A stretch of 64,000 bases of DNA from Octopus vulgaris. Taxonomy: Eukaryota. The stretch lies in contig OX597829.1 in the NCBI GenBank assembly GCA_951406725.2, positions 53,630,001 through 53,694,000 of the forward strand, written 5' to 3'. The first letter of the stretch is position 1, and every line of letters starts with the position of its first letter. Below, in pieces: positions 39,255-52,379 of this stretch. Position numbers and translations under genes: made by a program. The notes under the pieces are model-generated. The model did not search any database. It was not told the origin of the DNA and worked only from the letters and a program-made list of their open reading frames with translations.

Positions 39255-40745
39255 TATGCTGATGACCTCTATGCTGATGACCTCTATGCTGATGACCTCT
39301 ATGCTGATGACCTTGCTTTAAAAGTCGAGTCACTGCCAGAACTAAATACGAAGTTTAGGGTGTGGAAGCAAGGTCTAGAATCAAAGGACCTTAGGGTTAA
39401 CCTAGCAAAAACTAAAGTCTTAGTAAGTAAGAATGCTGACAAATCATAACCCACTTCAGGTAGATGGCCCTGCTCAATCTGTACAAGAGGCATGGATAGA
39501 AACTCCATATGATGTACACAGTGTAAGCTATGGACACATAAGAGATGCAGCAATATCAAAGGAAGGTTAATTATGAAGATAGTTTTTGTGTATGGCAGAT
39601 GCACAGGGGCAATAAACACTGAAGATGTACAAAAAATAGATTCCATCACATGCCAGGGGGATAAACTAGAAGTAGCTGATAGCTTCTGCTACCAAGGCGA
39701 CCAAGTCTGTAGTGGGGGGGGGGGTGATGCTCTGGGAGTGTAGTGACTAGAGTAAGAATAGGCTGGACAAAGTTCAGAGAGCTCCTACCTCTGCTGGCAA
39801 CTAAGGACCTCTCGCTCAGAGTGAAAGGTAGACTGTATGATGCATGTGTATGAACTACCATGCTACATGGCAGTGAAACATGGACTATGACTGTTGAGGA
39901 CATGTGTAGGCTTGAAAGAAATGAAGCTAGAATGATCCACAGGAGGTGTAATGTCAGTGTGCACACATGACAGAGTGAGCACTCTGAGAGAAAAGTTGGA
40001 CATAAGAAGCATCAGATGTGGTGTGCAAGAGAGATGACTGCACTGGTATGGTCATGTGTTACAAACGGATGAAGACAGCTGTGTGAGGAAGTGCCACACA
40101 TTAACTGTGGACGGAACCTGTTGAAGAGGTAGACCCAGGAAGACATGGGATGAGGTGGTGAAGCATGACCTTCGAATGTTGGGCTTCACAGAGGCAATGA
40201 CAGGAGACTGAGACCTTTGGAGATATGCTGTGATTGAGAAGACCTAGCAACTAAAATGAGATCGCAACCATGGCCGATGCCAGTTTGCATGTCCGGCCCA
40301 TATAAAAGTACCCTTGATGCATCGAGCAATATGATATGTTTGAAAAGACCTGCTGAGTCAAGTAAAACCAAAATCGTAGCTGTGGCTAGTGCCACCTAAC
40401 TGGCACTTGCTTTGGTGGCACATAAAATGCATCATCCAAACATGGTCGATGCCAGTGCCCCCCGACTGGCTACCATGCCAGTGGTATACAGAATGTACCA
40501 TCCAAACATGGTCGATGCCAGGTCCACTTGAATGGCTCCTGTACTGGTGGCATGTAAAATGCAACCACTACACTCTCAGAGTGGTTGGCATTAAGAAGGG
40601 CATCCAGCTGTAGAAACATTGCCAGATCAGATTGGAGTCTGGTGCAGCCGCCTGGCTTTGCCAGTCCTCAGTCAAATTGTCCAACCAATGCCAGCATGGA
40701 AAGCAGACATTAAACGACGAAGACGACGATGATGATGATGATGAT
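39255..40745 (+). mobile_element. older 5'-truncated RTE LINE (stops/frameshifts) with 3'UTR and (GAT)n tail
   Basis: YADDLALKVESLPELNTKFRVWKQGLESK, WPCSIC, YDACV, HGSETW and RGRPRKTWDEVVKHD; homologous to the 29160-30700 element. Confidence 0.92.
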
Positions 40746-41224
40746 ATATTTAAATTTAATTAGAGGTTGTGTTAACCACATGAAGGGATGGTTTCATCGA
40801 AGGAAACACTAGTTCAGTACAAAGCATTTTGGGGGAATGAATTTCCATAAAATAATAAGAATATATCTCTCTCTCTCTATCCGCTCAGTCGAAGTCGACT
40901 CTCGGTTACTCGATGGATCAGTGTAGAATTCTTACACTTTTGATCCATAGAGTATATTGGCCAGAATATATATAAAAACTTATATTAATTTAAAACAAGA
41001 AAAAGAAAATGGAGAGTGGGGAGTTAATAATTGTTTATTATTAAAAGCAATTTGGTCATCTTCACTTACAGCCGTTTCTATTAATACTCAATAAACATTA
41101 AATTTACATTTATGTGACATGAACATAGTATCATCTGAAAGAAAAAGACGTACCTTTGGATGCTATATGTGTGTGTGTGTGTGCATTTTATATATGAATC
41201 TGCGCTAAATCAATTCACAAACAC

Positions 41225-41560
41225 ACATGTGGTACCAGTGCCGGTGGCACATAAGAAAACCATCCGAATGTGGCCGTAGCCAGTACCGCATCGACTGGCC
41301 TCCGTGCTGGTGGCACGTAACAAACACCATCCGAGTGTGGCTGTTCGCCAGCCTCGTCTGGCACCTGTGTCCGTGGCACATAAAAAGCACCCACTACACT
41401 CTCGGAGTGGTTGGCGTTAGGAAGGGCATCCAGATGTAGAAACACTGCCAGATCTGACTGGCCTGGTGCAGCCTTCAGGCTTCCCAGACCCCAGTTGAAC
41501 CGTCCAACACATGCTAGCATGGAAAACGGACGTTAAACGATGATGATGATGATGATGATG
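41225..41560 (+). mobile_element. RTE 3'UTR fragment, same subfamily as the 27127 copy
   Basis: Near reverse complement of 27127-27580, with fewer internal modules. Confidence 0.88.
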
Positions 41561-42605
41561 ACATACAGCATCCAAAGGTACATTGTTTTCTCTCAGATGA
41601 TATTATGCTCATGTTACACAAATGTAAATTTAAATCTTTATCGAGTGTTGATAGAAACAGCTGAAAGTAAAGATGACCAATTTGCTTTTAATAATAAGCA
41701 ATTAATTACTTCCCCATTGCCATTTTCTTCTTCGGTTGAAGGAGAGGATCATAAACCTTTCCTCCAACCAAGAGGCTTTTGATGCAGCAACCCCATATTA
41801 TAATTAGGCCCTAATGTCCACAGTAGCAAGCCTGATGATGCCTATAGCAGCAGTCCAGTGCCAACACCAGCGATGATGGTAATAACAGCAGCAGCCATAT
41901 AGCTAAACCCTTTATGGGCATGAAATCTAGGGTAATCCCATAAACCAGCCTTCCCCATTTTTAATATATGTAAAAATATCATAGGATTGGAAGCAAGGGA
42001 AGCAGTGCTTCCCTTAAAAATTATAGAAGCAAAATAGAAACTATATTATTTTTTCATAATGCTCTGTAAAATTAATATAAACTACATGACATGATAAGCT
42101 TCAGACCTTTATTGTCAGAATTAGCATGAGACAACAAGCAGTGGCAGATGACACACAAAAAAGAAAAAAAAATATGTGCAAGGGAAGCAACATGATCTGT
42201 TGCATCCTTTTCAGTATATTTTAACATTTTTTTCCAATAATGCCACTAAGACGATTTTTTTCTAGTAAGAGCTGATAATGAATAGTTTTAGAAACTAATA
42301 AATACTTATATGCTTAGATTATGCTTCTGTCAATTCACAATACCTATGAGATATATAAATCTTAGGTTGTTATGTAACACATAGGAAAGGGAAGCAAGTT
42401 GACATTCTGCTTCCATCAGAAAAACAGTGGAAAGATAACAACACGTGTAGTTTCTTGCATACAGAATGCCCTTAATATAAAATGTGATTTTTACTTTTTT
42501 AGAAAGAGCTATATAACATGAACATGTCAATTTGATTCAAATATCTATGTGACATTGCTTCCCCAGTCAGAAAGATCACCACACTCCATGTTTCTTTTCT
42601 GTGTA

Positions 42606-42643
42606 TCTTTCTGTTGAAGAGCGTAGGCTCGAAACGTAAAAGA
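42606..42643 (+). ncRNA. minimal hammerhead-like motif with a core variant (CUGUUGA)
   Basis: TCTTT-CTGTTGA-A-GAGC-GTAG-GCTC-GAAAC-GTA-AAAGA. Stems I and II pair perfectly; core position A6 is U. Confidence 0.5.
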
Positions 42644-42738
42644 CTTGTTTTATTTATATTCCTGAGCGCCATACTAATACATTATTTGTTTGTACTCCAC
42701 CTGCCTTCGTCTTTTGTTTATTTTCATAAAGCTTCCCG

Positions 42739-42785
<47 letters not shown>

Positions 42786-43082
42786 TATGTATTGTTTAAT
42801 GTACACAAAATAGTTATGAGCTACTAATATATCATAAACTGCAATTAGTAATTTTTTAATTGCTTTATAAATACAAGTTCTCTCAGCATAATGCATTTCC
42901 TCTTATAGTCTTATATTTTCCATTATTGATGTTCAAGTTTCATTCATGCTGCATGTGTTGCCAGCATTCTTCTCATATGAATACCACATGTATATGTATG
43001 CATATACACAATAGAATATATGATACAATGACGTCAAACCAATGTAAAACATGCTATCTTAAAGATAATGTGTTTGTACAAG

Positions 43083-43120
<38 letters not shown>

Positions 43121-43529
43121 TGTTTATTTTTATGTTCAGTTACAATAAAACAGGAGGAGACACATGGTATGGAGAATCACTGAAGAGGTCACAGCATGTG
43201 TGCTGAAAGATTTCCAGACAAATGACATGAAATAAGAACAATAATAAATCTGAAATGAAGAATGAAATATGTAGTGAATGTGTTTATTTGGTAGATAAGA
43301 AATAACCACCCCTGAAATGCAACTATATAATGAAAACTATTTAAAATTAATCTGACGGGTTCCTCAATACTTTTATAGAGTACAAATTTATTATCCGTAA
43401 ACAAGAATGTTGTTGACAGTCTCCATCAACTAATTTCACTCACAAGTTGTTGGTTGACCTGAGGCTATAATAGAAGACATTTGTCTAAGGTTCTATGCAC
43501 TGAATCTAAGCAGTAATAAAATCTTTATA

Positions 43530-43750
43530 AATATTTCCTTATTGCCCACAGGAGGCTAAACATAGAGGGGAAAAAGGGATTAAGTTGATTACATCGACCC
43601 TATTGCATAACTGGTACTTATTTAATTGACCTCGAAAGGATGAAAAACTGAGTTGACCTTGGTGGAATTTGAACTCAGAATGTAGTGGCAGGCGAACTAC
43701 CGCTAAGCATTTCACCCAGTGTGCTAACGATTCAGCCAGCTCACCACCTT
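43530..43750 (-). mobile_element. Meta-domain-like SINE
   Basis: Homologous to 36760-36990. Confidence 0.8.
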
Positions 43751-44031
43751 TTATTGGTTACAAAATGGATATTGTAACCACATAGATATGCCTGGACACA
43801 CACATACAAACACACGTGTACATAAATGCACATACATACATACATACATACATATGTACGTACGTGCATACATACATATGTATGTACATATATACATATG
43901 TGCATGTGTATGTATGTGTGTGTCGATGTCTGTAATTTAGTAGTTAGGGAAAAGAGGTTGATAAAATAAGTAGTAGGCTTTAAAAAAAAATCCTGGGGCC
44001 AATTCATTCAACTAAAATGCCTCAAGGTGTT

Positions 44032-44413
44032 TCTTTTATTCTTTTACTTGTTTCAGTCATTTGGCTGTGGCCATGCTGGAGTAACACCTTTAGTCAAACA
44101 CATTGACCCAAGGACTTATTCTTTGTAAGCCTAGTATTTATTCTATCAGTCACTTTTGCTGAACCACTAGGTTACGGGGATATAAACGCATCAACATCGG
44201 TTGTCAAGCAATGATGGGGGGGACAAACACAGACACACAGATACATACATACAACAGGTTCCTTTCAGTTTCCATCTGCCAAATTCACTCACAAAGCTTT
44301 GGTCAGCCTGAAGCTATAGCAGAAGACACTTATCCAGGGTGCCACACAGTGGGACTGAACCCAGAACCATGTGGTTGGTAAGCAAGCTTCTTATCACACA
44401 GCCATGCCTGTGC
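44032..44413 (-). mobile_element. CORE-type SINE
   Basis: Reverse complement of the 8241 family. Confidence 0.82.
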
Positions 44414-44499
44414 CAACACACACATAATATTATTATTGAGTTTGGAAACAGAGAGATCTAATGGATACAAATTAATTTATCAATTAATTAACATATTCA

Positions 44500-44542
<43 letters not shown>

Positions 44543-44636
44543 TGCACATACACATATATATACATACATACATATACATACAACCGTCTAACCCATGCCA
44601 ACATGGAAAGCAAACATTAAATGAGGATGATGATGA

Positions 44637-44680
<44 letters not shown>

Positions 44681-44682
44681 GA

Positions 44683-44714
<32 letters not shown>

Positions 44715-45169
44715 TCGATCTGTCTGTCTATCTGTCTGTCTATCTAACTACACACACACACACATATATTAATCGAAGTGTACAGTTTTATATATATCCA
44801 TTATGGCTGCTGATCTTACCAATAGGTTTCGCCACAAGAGGTTTAACGGAGCACTAGGTGGCAGTCACAGTCCAATTATGTAACTCTGCATTCATCAGAG
44901 ATCGCCATTATGGAATGAAATATCCTAATCTTTCAAGCTTGTGGATGTTGGTGCCATGTAAAAAGGATCCATATCCGTGGTGCATAAAAGCACCCAGCAC
45001 ACAGTGTAAAGTGCTTGGCGTTAGGAAGGGCAACCAGCCATAGAAACCATGCTAAAATGGGTATGAAGCCTGGACAGTTCATCATCTGGCCAGCTCCTAT
45101 CAAATCATCCAAGCCATGCCACCATGGAGAACAGATGTTAAATGATGATGATGTATATAAACATACATA

Positions 45170-45201
<32 letters not shown>

Positions 45202-45371
45202 CATGTGTGTATGTATATATATATGTATGTGTGTGTGTATATATGAAATAATATTATTATGGAGGCAACACAGGTGAAGTCTAAAAGAACATAACTGAAA
45301 TACGCATCCAAAACTTATATAAATACATACATTCTCTATAAAATGGAAATAAAATTCCAAAATACACAAAT

Positions 45372-45986
45372 ACACTCTCGGAGTGGTTGGCGTTAGGAAG
45401 AGCATCCAGCTGTAGAAACTCTGCCAGATCAAGATTGGAGCCTGGTGCAGCCATCTGGTTCGCCAATCCTCAGTCAAATTGTCCAACCCATGCTAGCATG
45501 GAAAGCAGACGTTAAACGACGATGATGATGATGTATATATCCTGTTTGTGGGAGCTGTAAAAAAGATGAAAGAAGTCGTAACAGACTTACTCTTTTACAT
45601 GTTTCAGTCATTTGACTGTGGCCATGCTGGAGCACCGCCTTTAGTCGAGCAAATCGACCCCGGGACTTATTCTTTGTAAGCCCAGTACTTATTCTATCAG
45701 TCTCTTTTGCCGAACCGCTAAGTGACGGGGACGTAAACACACCAGCATCGGTTGTCAAGCAATGCTAGAGGGACAAACACAGACACACAAACACATACAC
45801 ATACATACATATACATATATATACAAATATACGACAGGCTTCTTTCAGTTTCCGTCTACCAAATCCACTCACAAGGCATTGATCAGCCCGGGGCTATAGC
45901 AGAAGACACTTGCCCAAGATGCCACGCAGTGAGACTGAACCCGGAACCATGTGGTTGGTTAGCAAGCTACTTACCACACAGCCACT
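45372..45986. mobile_element. RTE 3' tail (+, 45372-45533) followed by CORE-type SINE (-, 45588-45986)
   Basis: Same family motifs as the copies above. Confidence 0.85.
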
Positions 45987-46512
45987 ATGACTTATATATA
46001 ACACTTATATCCCTAAGTGAGTTGTGATGCAGTAAAGCTGTGATGGACTATGTGTATGGAGGGGTGGGGACTTGAAGGGGTTGATATGTATGTAGGGTTT
46101 TATGTTTGTAGGGGGAATTTTGGACAGGGAATTGCAGATGTGACCGCCATTAACAGAGAACAGTAAACATTTTTTCAGCACCTACTACCTCTGAAGACCT
46201 AATTTTCTGGTTACCCTATATCGAGTGTGAAACCAACTGGTAAAATCAACAGAAATAGGTCTATAAGAATGTATACTTTAATTGATATACTCAGTCTGTT
46301 GACAAATATGCAAAAGAGGTTATAAGACAGCTATATATCAAAATACATGTGTATGTATGTATATATAAATATGTATATGTATGAACCAATGGATACATAT
46401 ACATATATATGTATGCATGTATGAATGTATGTATGCATATATGTATATTTATATCTAGGTATGTATGGAGAGAGAGAGAGAGTGAAAGATGGAGTGAAAG
46501 ATGGAGTGCAAG

Positions 46513-46513
<1 letters not shown>

Positions 46514-46601
<88 letters not shown>
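46514..46601. repeat. (AAAG)n microsatellite
   Basis: Directly visible. Confidence 0.97.
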
Positions 46602-46603
<2 letters not shown>

Positions 46604-47018
46604 GAGGGAGGAATAATTTTGCCATTTTGTCCTATCTTCTGACAGAGAGACCTAGCAACAGAGATGATCCCATTTTTATCCTTGGCCAATGGGTTGCTAA
46701 GAGGATTGCCTCACACCATCGCCCCTTCATCATGACGGCCACAAAAAGGACCTTTGCTACTGCTTGCGACGACCATGACTGACCAGCTATTGTATGTCCC
46801 ATGCAATATTCTGACCTAGCTATATACTGTCACCTCTGTCGCACATTGAAAGAAATCAAATTTAAATAAATGCATAATGCAATTTCATTTTTCTTTTCTC
46901 TGATAAAAGGAAAAAAGAAAAAGCAGGACCATCCTCTCCTTTGCCATACAAATGAAATACCAATCAAACAACTAAGAACTCTTATAAATAAACATTTTAA
47001 CTGAAGTTAAAAGTTATA

Positions 47019-47440
47019 GGCATAGGAGTGGCTGTGTGGTAAGTAGCTTGCTTACGAACCACATGGTTCCGGGTTCAGTCCTACTGTGTGACACCTTGGG
47101 CAAGTGTCTTCTAATATAGCCTCGGACCGACCAAAGCCTTGTGAGTGGATTTGGTAGACGGAAACTGAAAGAAGCCTGTCGTATATATGTATGTATATAT
47201 GTGTGTATGTGTATGTGTTTGTGTGTGTGTTTGTCCCCCCCACCCCAACATCGCTTGACAACCAATGCTGGTGTGTTTACATTATCCCCGTAACCTAGCG
47301 GTTCGGCAAAAGAGACCGATAGAATAAGTACTAGGCTTACAAAGAATAAGTCCTGGGGTTGATTTGCTTGACTAAAGGCGGTGCTCCAGCATGGCCACAG
47401 TCAAATGACTGAAACAAGTAAAAGAGTAAAGAGAAAGAGA
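47019..47440 (+). mobile_element. full-length CORE-type SINE
   Basis: Head, core and tail are all present. Confidence 0.88.
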
Positions 47441-47554
47441 GAAGTGTTGTCAACATATTAACAAGCACATCAACAACTGCACTGGAAAAGATTCAGAATA
47501 GAAATTTTGAAATGTGAAAAGAGATGTGTAATAACATAAACTTCTTTACCAATC

Positions 47555-47594
<40 letters not shown>

Positions 47595-47879
47595 TGAAAC
47601 CCTTTGGTTTCGTTCTAATAATCATCTCATAAACTTGTGAATAAACATGGTTGATGGTATTATATGTAGATTCTATATTTGTGTGGGGCAAGCGTAAGAG
47701 TTGAAAATTCTAGAAATTATTTTTGCAGAGTTATTACATATCAAAACAGGAGACTGGGAAAACATTTTTGTTATTATTTACTCACCATTACATGTGTTTC
47801 ATTTGCTAATAGGAGGTACAAAGCTGTACATGTGGTAGAAAACATGTGAGATATCTCCTATTAGAAATTCTTCAGACAT

Positions 47880-48393
47880 ATATTATTTGATTCTCTGATA
47901 ATGGATGGATACTGACAACTCCATGAAGAAGTGCCAATCACCCAAAGTTGATTGAACTCATGGAAGAGGGAGTCCCAAAAAGACATAAGTACTGAAGGAT
48001 GATCTCAGGACACTGGACCTTACACATGAGATTACAAAGGACCAAGATATCAGGTACCTTGCTGCACTCAAAAAGGCCTGTCCTCCACAGCAGAAGTGTT
48101 AAGGCCACATCCCCTGGTGAAGAGGGTTAGCCAACAAGATTATTTTGCTGGTGCCATGTAAAAAGCTCCCATACTGGCACAATTGTAAGAGCTACAGTGT
48201 CGGCATCACATAGAAGCATTCATGCTGGTGGCAAGTAAAAAGCACCCAGCACACTCTGTAAAGTGGTTGGCATCAGGAAGGGCATCCAGCTGTAGAAACC
48301 AGGCTAAACCAAATTGGAACTTGGTGCAGCTCTCCTGCTTGCCAGCCCTGGTCAAACTGTCCAACCCATGCCAGCTTGGAAAACAGGCATTAA

Positions 48394-48426
<33 letters not shown>
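47880..48426 (+). mobile_element. degenerate RTE 3' end
   Basis: Decayed G..GRG.P.KT ORF end, GGCATCAGGAAGGGCATCCAGCTGTAGAAAC and (GAT)n. Confidence 0.7.
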
Positions 48427-48481
48427 GTGCACTATTTGTCTTCAGACAATATCATTTATGGGTGTGATGTGTATAGAAACA

Positions 48482-48551
<70 letters not shown>

Positions 48552-48640
48552 ATATATTGGTAAAAACGGTAAGATAACAAAAGAAAGAAAGAGACCTCAA
48601 TATTATGTAAATAGAGGTAATTTATCTATAAAATAATATG

Positions 48641-48814
48641 TTACATTTACTCAATAGTCAAGATAAAACTCTGAGTTTCAGATGCCGAAGTGGAAATCCA
48701 CAACACTCATTTACATGTTTTTCAGATGGCCAGATAACCGAAGAGATGGTGTTGTGGATTTCCACTGCGGCATCTGAAACTCAGAGTTTTATATTGACTA
48801 TTGAGTAAATGTAA
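48641..48814. repeat. inverted repeat with 66-bp arms, probably inverted PLE pseudo-LTR copies with a decayed hammerhead
   Basis: 48641-48706 versus 48749-48814. CCGAAGA-GATG...CATC-TGAAAC at 48738-48780. Confidence 0.75.
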
Positions 48815-48820
48815 ATATAT

Positions 48821-48903
<83 letters not shown>

Positions 48904-49101
48904 GTATTTTAACATGTATAAGGAACCCTTTTTTTTGTCAAAAATTAGGTTAAAAAAATATGGAAGTTTCTTATACATGAATAGTATTATATTCCCTTAC
49001 AAAACCTTTTTTCCAAATTTTAAGCTAAAAATATTAGGGATTTCTTTATACACGAGGGTTCCTTAAAATATTGTGTATATATATATATATATGTATATAT
49101 C

Positions 49102-49359
49102 TATTGGAGGAGATGAAAATCGTCCCAGCAATGACTAACAAGATTGCCAGATGCATTTTAGCCTTTTTGAGTCTTTTCAATTGCATGTAGTCATAGCCAG
49201 CCACATGCATAAGCAAGATTTGTCACCAATAATATATAGGGAAAAAGCAATGTAACATTCATTGATATTGCAAATAGTTGCCAATGAGGCTGAAATGCAA
49301 GTGGCATTCTCGCTAGCTGCTGCTGCTGCTGCTGGGACAATTTTCATCTGTCTCCAATA
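49102..49359. mobile_element. MITE with ~29-bp imperfect TIRs, TA-flanked
   Basis: TATTGGAGGAGATGAAAATCGTCCCAGCA / TGCTGGGACAATTTTCATCTGTCTCCAATA. Confidence 0.75.
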
Positions 49360-49510
49360 TGTATTATGCTTTTAAAACCAGGATGTCTGTAAGAGATGTT
49401 ATCTCTGTGCAATTACTGCAGTAAATTTGCCTTTTCAATGATGTATTTACATTAAGTATAATATTTAGATGGCAGTGTGTGTAGTAGTTGTAGTGGTGGT
49501 GGTGGTGGTG

Positions 49511-49541
<31 letters not shown>

Positions 49542-49751
49542 AAAGAGAAAGTTCTTGGTACAGTATTTATAATTTATAATTTGAAAAAAATGAGTAGAGA
49601 TGGCATTTGTTGGATAATTTTTATTTCAGTAACGATGTTTACAAAGAGTGACTCTGGTATGAGTTTCAAGCTTCAAAATAAAAATAAAAATTATCCCCAA
49701 AAGAACATCCCTACTCATTTTTTCAAATATATATATATATATGTATGTATG

Positions 49752-49791
<40 letters not shown>

Positions 49792-49809
49792 TGCATATGT
49801 ATATATGTT

Positions 49810-49898
<89 letters not shown>

Positions 49899-50058
49899 TG
49901 TATGTATGTATATATATATATTCACATACATATCTCTATGAGATATTTAGAAATTTAATATTTCTGATTTTGGTGATCAGTGAATAAACTTCGCTGAAAA
50001 TATATATATATATTTACAAAGTCTAGACAGATATCTTCAGCTAGCAGACCTCTGCTAC

Positions 50059-50105
50059 TCTAGACTGATGATGGGCAAAGACCCAGAAACATGCATGTCT
50101 CTAGA
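50059..50105 (+). ncRNA. type I hammerhead ribozyme with complete canonical core
   Basis: TCTAGA-CTGATGA-TGGG-CAAAGA-CCCA-GAAA-CATGCAT-GTC-TCTAGA. All three stems pair, with predicted cleavage 3' of C50099. Confidence 0.85.
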
Positions 50106-50268
50106 TGCAGGCCTATCTGTTGGGGATGTTTGTCTCCCCTTCGTAGATATATAAGGACACAGGAAATGTGTCAAGGCCAACAGGAAGCGTCGATGCTTCC
50201 TAGGGCTAAATAGCGGTGGTGTAATTCCTTTTATGGGACTGTCACGTTAAGTTGACAGTATACAACCA

Positions 50269-50380
<112 letters not shown>

Positions 50381-50452
50381 CACACACATATATATATACA
50401 TACATATACACACACGCACACACACATACACACATATATATACTTACATTTA

Positions 50453-50652
50453 TATTCTTTTATTTGTTTCAGTCATTTGACTGCGGCCATGCTGGAGCAC
50501 CGCCTTTAGTCAAACAAATCAACCCCAGGACTTATACTTTGTAAGCCTAATACCTATTCCGTCAGGACCTTTTGCCGAACTACTAAGTTATGGGGACATA
50601 AAGGCACTAGCAACGGTTGTCAAGTGATGTTGGGGGGACAAGCACAGACACA

Positions 50653-50694
<42 letters not shown>

Positions 50695-51362
50695 CACACA
50701 CACACATACACACACATACACACACATATATACGACAACCTTCTTTCAGTTTGCGTCTACCAAATCCACTCACAAGGCTTTGGTTGGTCCGAGTCTATAC
50801 TAGATAACACTACCCATGGTACCATGCAGTAGGACTGAACCCAGAACCATGTAGTTGGTAAGCAAGCTACTTACCACGCAGCCACTCCTGCATGTATGTA
50901 TGTATATATGTGTGTGTGTGTGTATGTATATATATATATATATATATACATATATGTATGTATGTATAGTCTCATCTGACTGGCATGTAAAAAGCACCAT
51001 TTGAGTGTGGCTGATGCCAGTGCTACCTGACTGGCACCCGTGCCTGTGGTACATATAAAGTACCATTCAAGCATGGCTGATGCCAGTGCCATCTGACTGG
51101 CTCAAGTGCCAGTGGGACGTAAAAAGCACCATTTGAGCATGGTCAGTACCAGTACCATTTGACTGGTTCCCATACTGGTAGCATGTAAAAGCACCCACTA
51201 CATTCTCAGAGTGGTTGGCATTAGGAAGGGCATCCAGCTGTGGAAACTTTGTCAGATCAGATTGGAGCTTGGTGCAGCCATCTGGTTTGTCAGAACTCAA
51301 TTAAACCATCCAGCCCATGCCAGCATGGAAAGCGGACATTAAACAACGATGATGATGATGAT
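50453..51362. mobile_element. CORE-type SINE (-, 50453-50893) and RTE 3'UTR (+, 50975-51362)
   Basis: Family motifs as above. Confidence 0.82.
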
Positions 51363-51401
51363 TTTTTTTTTAATATTTAAGGTCGAAGGACTGTTTGTTC
51401 A

Positions 51402-51804
51402 TATAGCTGTTGACAAATAAATATATTTCCCTGTGGAATGTTCTAGAACGAATTATAATGCTACGTGGATAATTCAAAAAGTTTGCCCGCTTATAGCATT
51501 CAATGAACAAATACATAGATAAATATGAAAAAAAAAAAGAAATAAAGAAGAGAAAAGAAAAAAAATGAAATTTTGTGCATGTCACCACACACGCATGCAC
51601 ACACTCACATAAGATTTCTTTTTTTTTCTTTTCCTCTCTTTATTTCTTTTTCCCTCTTTATTTCTTTTTTTTTCTTAATTTATGTATGTATTTGTTCATT
51701 GAATGCTATAAGCGGGCAAACTTTTTGAATTATCCACGTAACATTATAATTCATTCTAGAACATTCCACAGGGAAATATGTTTATTTATTTGTCAACTGC
51801 TATA
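51402..51804. repeat. foldback/MITE-like inverted repeat with ~125-bp core arms
   Basis: 51402-51524 versus 51677-51804. Both directions encode YLFIECYKRANFLNYPR..HREI in the ORF track. Confidence 0.9.
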
Positions 51805-52379
51805 TAAACTCACAGGCAGAAGGCCAGTGACAAGTTTGACAATTGTCAACACACAAAACTCTCAGACTTTAAGTCATTCTGTTACTTCTGCTAAATATTA
51901 ATAAAAATATACATAAACTCACATTTTGAGTTTTATTTTTACCCTATTTGTGTCAACATACCTCTGTGTGTGTGTGTGTGCGTGTGCATGTGTGTGCGCA
52001 TGTGTGTGCGCATGTGTGTAAGTGTGTGTGTGCACGCACCTGTGTGTGCATGTGTGTGTGTACACATATATGTATGTATCTATGTATGTGTGTATAACAT
52101 CATCATCATCACCATCATCATTTAAGGTCTATTTTCCATATTGGCTCATGACAGGATCCAATAAGCTGCAAGGTGGCGTCAAGTTCCAATTCCTTTATTC
52201 TCTTATTCTTTTACTTGTTTTAGTCATGAGCATGCCAGCATGGAAAACGGACATTAATCGATAATGATGATGATGATGATGGTGACAGGCTTCTTTCAGT
52301 TTCTATCTACCAAATCCACACAGTGGGGACTGAACCCAGAACCATGTAGTTGGTAAGCAAGCTACTTACCACACAGCTG

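Noticed and set aside
46409-46782. KERK-repeat ORFs
   Set aside because: Translation of the (AAAG)n microsatellite.
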